Positions 57,940 to 64,000 of a stretch of 64,000 nucleotides of DNA are shown in pieces. The notes under the pieces were generated by a model. That model was not told where the DNA came from, did not search any database, and saw only the letters and a program-made list of their open reading frames with translations. Each line of letters opens with the position of its first letter. Position 1 is the stretch's first letter. Source of the stretch: the human T2T-CHM13v2.0 reference genome, Homo sapiens. The translations under genes were made by a program, and so were the position numbers. The stretch is taken from NCBI RefSeq assembly GCF_009914755.1, contig NC_060942.1; one strand, 5' to 3'.

Positions 57940-58100
57940 TTGTTCATGAAGTTGAGTCAGCAAGAGAAGCATATTCAAATTAGACTTGTCATACAGAAAA
58001 AAAAATCTGACTTTGTCAGGGTGGGTGGAGGGGAAAAAAGCAACTTTTTGTCAGTCTTTTGTATTTCAGCAGCTGGATTCATTGCTACCATGGTAACGGA
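57940..58100 (+). promoter_or_regulatory. DTNA: Candidate non-CpG alternative promoter of DTNA
   Basis: TGAGTCAGCA (AP-1/MARE) at 57953-57962, GGGTGGGTGGAGGGG (KLF/SP), CAGCTG E-box, X-box GCTACCATGGTAAC at 58084-58097, all directly upstream of a donor-terminated exon. Confidence 0.5.
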
Positions 58101-58294
58101 CCACATGATGAGGTGTATTAGATTGCTGTGTGTTGAGCACAAGGGGAAGAATGAACACAGCTTTTTATTGAAGTTAAAGGTTACTTTGGAGTTTGTTTGG
58201 AAATGTGTAAGGTCAAATACTATAGTTTTCAGCATATGTAGTACTTCAGAGGAAGAATTAAGGGGCATGTTGGTGCATTTAACTACAAAACCAG
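58060..58294 (+). other. DTNA: Alternative first (5'UTR) exon, probably of alpha-dystrobrevin; start approximate
   Basis: Strong donor CAG|GTAAGG at 58294/58295; ...ggggcatgttggtgcatttaactacaaaaccag is what I recall preceding aATGATTGAAG in DTNA mRNA. Confidence 0.7.
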
Positions 58295-58508
58295 GTAAGG
58301 TACAATTGAATCTATGAAACTGAACTCTCTGACTTCTGTCGCAGTGGCATAACTTGCTGGGTGGAATTTCACTGTCGCCCCCACCCCCACCCCCACATGG
58401 GCACCCGATAAATTTCTCCTGCCCACCCTCCTAGCTCCTCCACCTCCGGTTTCAGCTGTTTTTAATTTGAAAGTCTAAGATGTTGTGAAATGTTATAGTT
58501 TTATGGCA

Positions 58509-58550
58509 GTGTGTGTGTGTGGGAGTGTGTGTGTGTGTGTGTGTGTGTGT
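58509..58550. repeat. Interrupted (TG)n microsatellite
   Basis: Direct reading; about 215 bp downstream of the donor. Confidence 0.9.
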
Positions 58551-61292
58551 AAGTCAAAGAAAGAAAACTGCAAAGGAAGTAATAAGAATGCAATAACTGG
58601 TGTCTTCAAATCAGCGTAGACCTGAACAAAGTGTTTTCTTGTTTTGTTTTTTGAAAATGGTCCGCTTTTCTTAGAGGACACCTTATTAGTGGCATTTGTC
58701 CAAAGCTACTTGTCTCTTCTACTAAATTAAGCAGTAGGACAAAGTTTTCCAGCAAAGTTATCTAGTGTGTTTATTGTATGTGAGCTTTTGTTTTTCTTTC
58801 ATCATATTATTGCGAGCCTCATCTAACATGTATAGTCCGGTTTTATCTATATTTTTTAAAACATCTATTATTTCTATTAGCATTCTAATCTTTTAGGCAT
58901 TGTGGCTGTATGTGTGATACAGGATTTAAAAATAGAAGTAAATACAACATGGGTGAGTGCAAAATGAACTCTTTTGCTTAGAGGCTGGTAGGAACTGAAT
59001 GTAAACAATTCAGTGTGGCTGTGTGGAGCATCAATTCCCAGAGCGCAGACGCCTTCTCATGCGTTGTTTACATATCACCCTGGCAGCTTGTTTCAAAATG
59101 GGAGGCTTTGGTACACACAGAGCAAGTTAAAGGAGAACAATTTCTTTAATAATAACTTATTTTAATTACTTTTTCATGGCTTTTACTGATGTTTGATGTT
59201 TGATGTTTGACTTTCTCATAAGATATTAGGATTTACTCTAATTTTAGCCAGGGGTTTACTTAATGCAACTTCTTTCCTTCCTCTTAGAACAAAGCTGTCT
59301 TAGCAGCTTTTAGAAATAAAACCTAATTAAATAGTAGCAAAGCCCTACTGTTATTCTAGTGTATTCACTGTCCACCTGAAAAAGTGCAGATATAGGAAAA
59401 TCTTTTTGAAAAATACTTTCTTAGTGAACTAAAATCAATTATGTGCCCTTAATTGGCACTAATTAGGATAAAAGCCAATAAATTTTCCCAAGTTTGTTCA
59501 TACAGCATGCTTTCTTACAAAAGGAAAACTTAGATTTTATTAAATTTATTTATGCTCTGTGATTTTCGTCGCTATTTCCTTGATCTCTCTAGTTTCCATA
59601 TGTCCAAGCCATTTTCTAAGTTTAAGCAAGGAATTATAATCATTATTCAAAAAAATTATTTGCCATGATTTCAAATAAAGAGAACTGTTTCCATGATGAC
59701 AGATATCAAAAGTACTATAATAGCATCTAATATTGTAAATGTTCATGCTTGTATCTGAATTTATTCCTTTCTTTTTCCCTTTGTTGTTTGAGTACAAATG
59801 AGCTATGACCATGTCTTTCAAAACATGAGATATTTTCATAAACATAAGTTGTTACTACTAGAGAATAGGGAGTTTCTAAAAATCAGTGAAAGATGGTACC
59901 TGGTAAACTATTCTAAAGTATGAAATTATTGAAACTGACAATATCTGAGGTAGAAAGTGTTATGTTTTATTAAAAGAAAAATAAAAGAGGGAAAGAAGAA
60001 GCAAGACAGAGACACAGAGAGAGACAAAAAAATGAAAAGATATACAAAAGGTAAAGATAAAAGTGTAAATGATCTCTTACCCAAGCATTTTTCTTTCCCG
60101 CCGGTACTGGAAAGGGTTAAATCTGTATCTGTCAGAGAAGAGAGTAGTATGGATGAGGGAAATTACTAAAAAGTATTTTTATTTCACTATTCCATCTTTA
60201 AAATACATGATAAAGTATAGATAGTTCCTTTCTATTAAATAAAATGAAAAAAAATCTACAGTGAGGTTGTCTCAGTCTTTGTAGTTATGGGCTACCAGCC
60301 AGCTTAGATATTAGAGCTACAAGTGTGTAAAAACCAAGATATGCCCAAATTTCTGTGATCTTTATTCATCTGACATTAGACCATATGTACACAAAAACTT
60401 CTGAAATAATTTTAACAGAGATCACAAGATGGAAGATTCTTTTATAGTTGTTTTGGTATTTTCATTCTTAAGAAGCAAAATTGACTTTTGATGTACTTGC
60501 TTTAAACTGTAAATTTTGCCAGGATGTTTTAATTGTACAGTATTTGTTTCAACTCTTGTTTAAATTATGCTTTCTTGTTAATTTTGAATAATTTGTAGTG
60601 TTTGTTAACATTTTAGCTTTAATCTCTAGAGCTGCCTAGAGTCATAGACCAATAGATAATTATCTGCAAACATTTACCTCTACTAAGGAGACAGATATTT
60701 AACAGTTTTTTAACATGTTAAAAAACAACCATATTGAGTAAAATAGTATAGCCTCTGCTAAAAAATTAATGATATTTAAATTCCAAGAAAATATTTCTAA
60801 AATAGATGAAGATCAAGCCAATGAATGATGACTCAATATCATCTAGATACTCCATTTTTAGGAGTTATTTTTTAACCTCCGATTTTATTAAGGTGAATTT
60901 TATTATTGACCACTATGTAATTTTTGACATGAAAAGAATTGGATTTTTTTTTTAGAAATCTAAGACTTTTCAAATGAAAAAGAAAGTAATGGTACCATGA
61001 TCATGATGATAATGATAACGACAATAATGATTAATTTGGAGAATAAGATAGATTAGAAAGCTCTTGCCTCTTTGTGTAGTAAAAGGCCAATGCTCTTAGA
61101 AGGAAAGTGGAAATTACTAATGGGTAGTATGATTCTCAGAAATTAACCCTCAAATTTAATTAATTATGTTAATAGCATTTATAAGTCACTAGGAATAGAG
61201 GTGCTTGGTATGTTATTATCAGACTTTATTATAAAATATCTTGGTTTTGTTCAATAAGCGATAGAGGCTGTCATCAAAAATGATTAAACTTA

Positions 61293-63072
<1,780 letters not shown>

Positions 63073-63389
63073 AAAAATGATTAAACTTATCAAGAATTGT
63101 ACAATGTGTGGGTCAGTATCTGACAGGAAAAATGCAAACTCATTTCTAGGAAAGAACAATTAGTTATATTTTTAGTATATAAAGGGGCAATTAACTGGTC
63201 TTCACTTCATGGTATTATTAGCTGGATATTTTAGAGTGGTATTACTATAATAATTCCCCACTCTCAAACACACATGTTATGAAATGTTCACTAGACACCA
63301 TTTCAATATTTTAATTGTTTTTAATTTTTTAATTATTTATTTTAAATAAACAATATTTTATATCTGAAACCTGTTAATTTTGATTTGTT

Positions 63390-64000
63390 TGGTGGAACAT
63401 TTACTCAGAAAAATTACTTACCTCTACACATCCCTGACATGAAAGAAAATACTGGATGGATTGGCAATTCCAGTATAAAATATGGATCTATGAAAGTAGT
63501 GAAAGAAAATATAGAACTTATGATAGAAAAGGATGACCTCAAAGACAAAAATCATAAAGGAATGGTAATATGAAAACTTACTCCTTCTAGAATATGTTAT
63601 ATACAAAATTAAAAAGATAAATGGCAAATTAGAAACAACATTTGCAACATATATGAAAGAGAAAAAGTGAATATCCATGTTATGTAATGAGGTCTCATAA
63701 ATCTGTAAGAAAAAGCACTTCCCTTTTAATTTTAAAAATATCTACAAATTAAACACATGTCATTTTAATAATTAGCAACTATTTTTTAAAGGGGAAAGCA
63801 AAAGGAGGAAGGGGGAGATAATGTCTGGTTTAGGAAAAGTCTGGAAAATGGGAACACATATACACTGCTATCATATAGCAGTGTACACTGGGTGCAGGTG
63901 GGGAGTTGATCAAGCTGGCAATGTGTAGCAAAGTCTTTAAAAATTGCATATCCTTGGGCCCTACAGTTCTACTACTAGGAATATGTCCTAACAAAATAAA
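63390..64000 (+). mobile_element. Old L1M fragment
   Basis: aacatttgcaacatatatg...aaaatgggaacacatatacactgc...ttctactactaggaatatgtccta. Confidence 0.6.

Noticed and set aside
57874-58317. 147-aa ORF as a stand-alone gene
   Set aside because: Runs across the promoter, exon and splice donor with no known domain; only its 3' part matters, as a possible uORF

Overview
Primate (almost certainly human) AT-rich, repeat-dense intronic DNA with no intact protein-coding exon. Two + strand non-coding exons with canonical donors (27317-27441 and ~58060-58294) match my recollection of alternative 5'UTR exons of DTNA (alpha-dystrobrevin, 18q12). That gene call is from memory and needs a BLAT check. The rest is transposon-derived: two full-length but disrupted antisense L1s (L1PA5-like, L1PA7-like), a 5'-inverted L1PA2 with a perfect 17-bp TSD, nine Alus, solo LTRs (MER4D, THE1D, nested MLT1C/MLT2A/MLT2B), hAT and mariner relics (Charlie1a, MER33, MER20 x2, MER102-like, MADE1) and MIR/L2/L1M fragments. 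All long ORFs in the track are L1 or Alu translations or chance ORFs. I found no convincing novel biological system. The best leads are: uORFs in both 5'UTR exons that would stop at the DTNA start codon; L1 antisense promoters and ORF0 pointing into the gene; an unidentified TSD-flanked retrocopy-like insert inside Charlie1a; and a candidate extra 5'UTR exon near 55.9 kb. Repeat subfamily names come from recalled consensus diagnostics, not from a RepeatMasker run.
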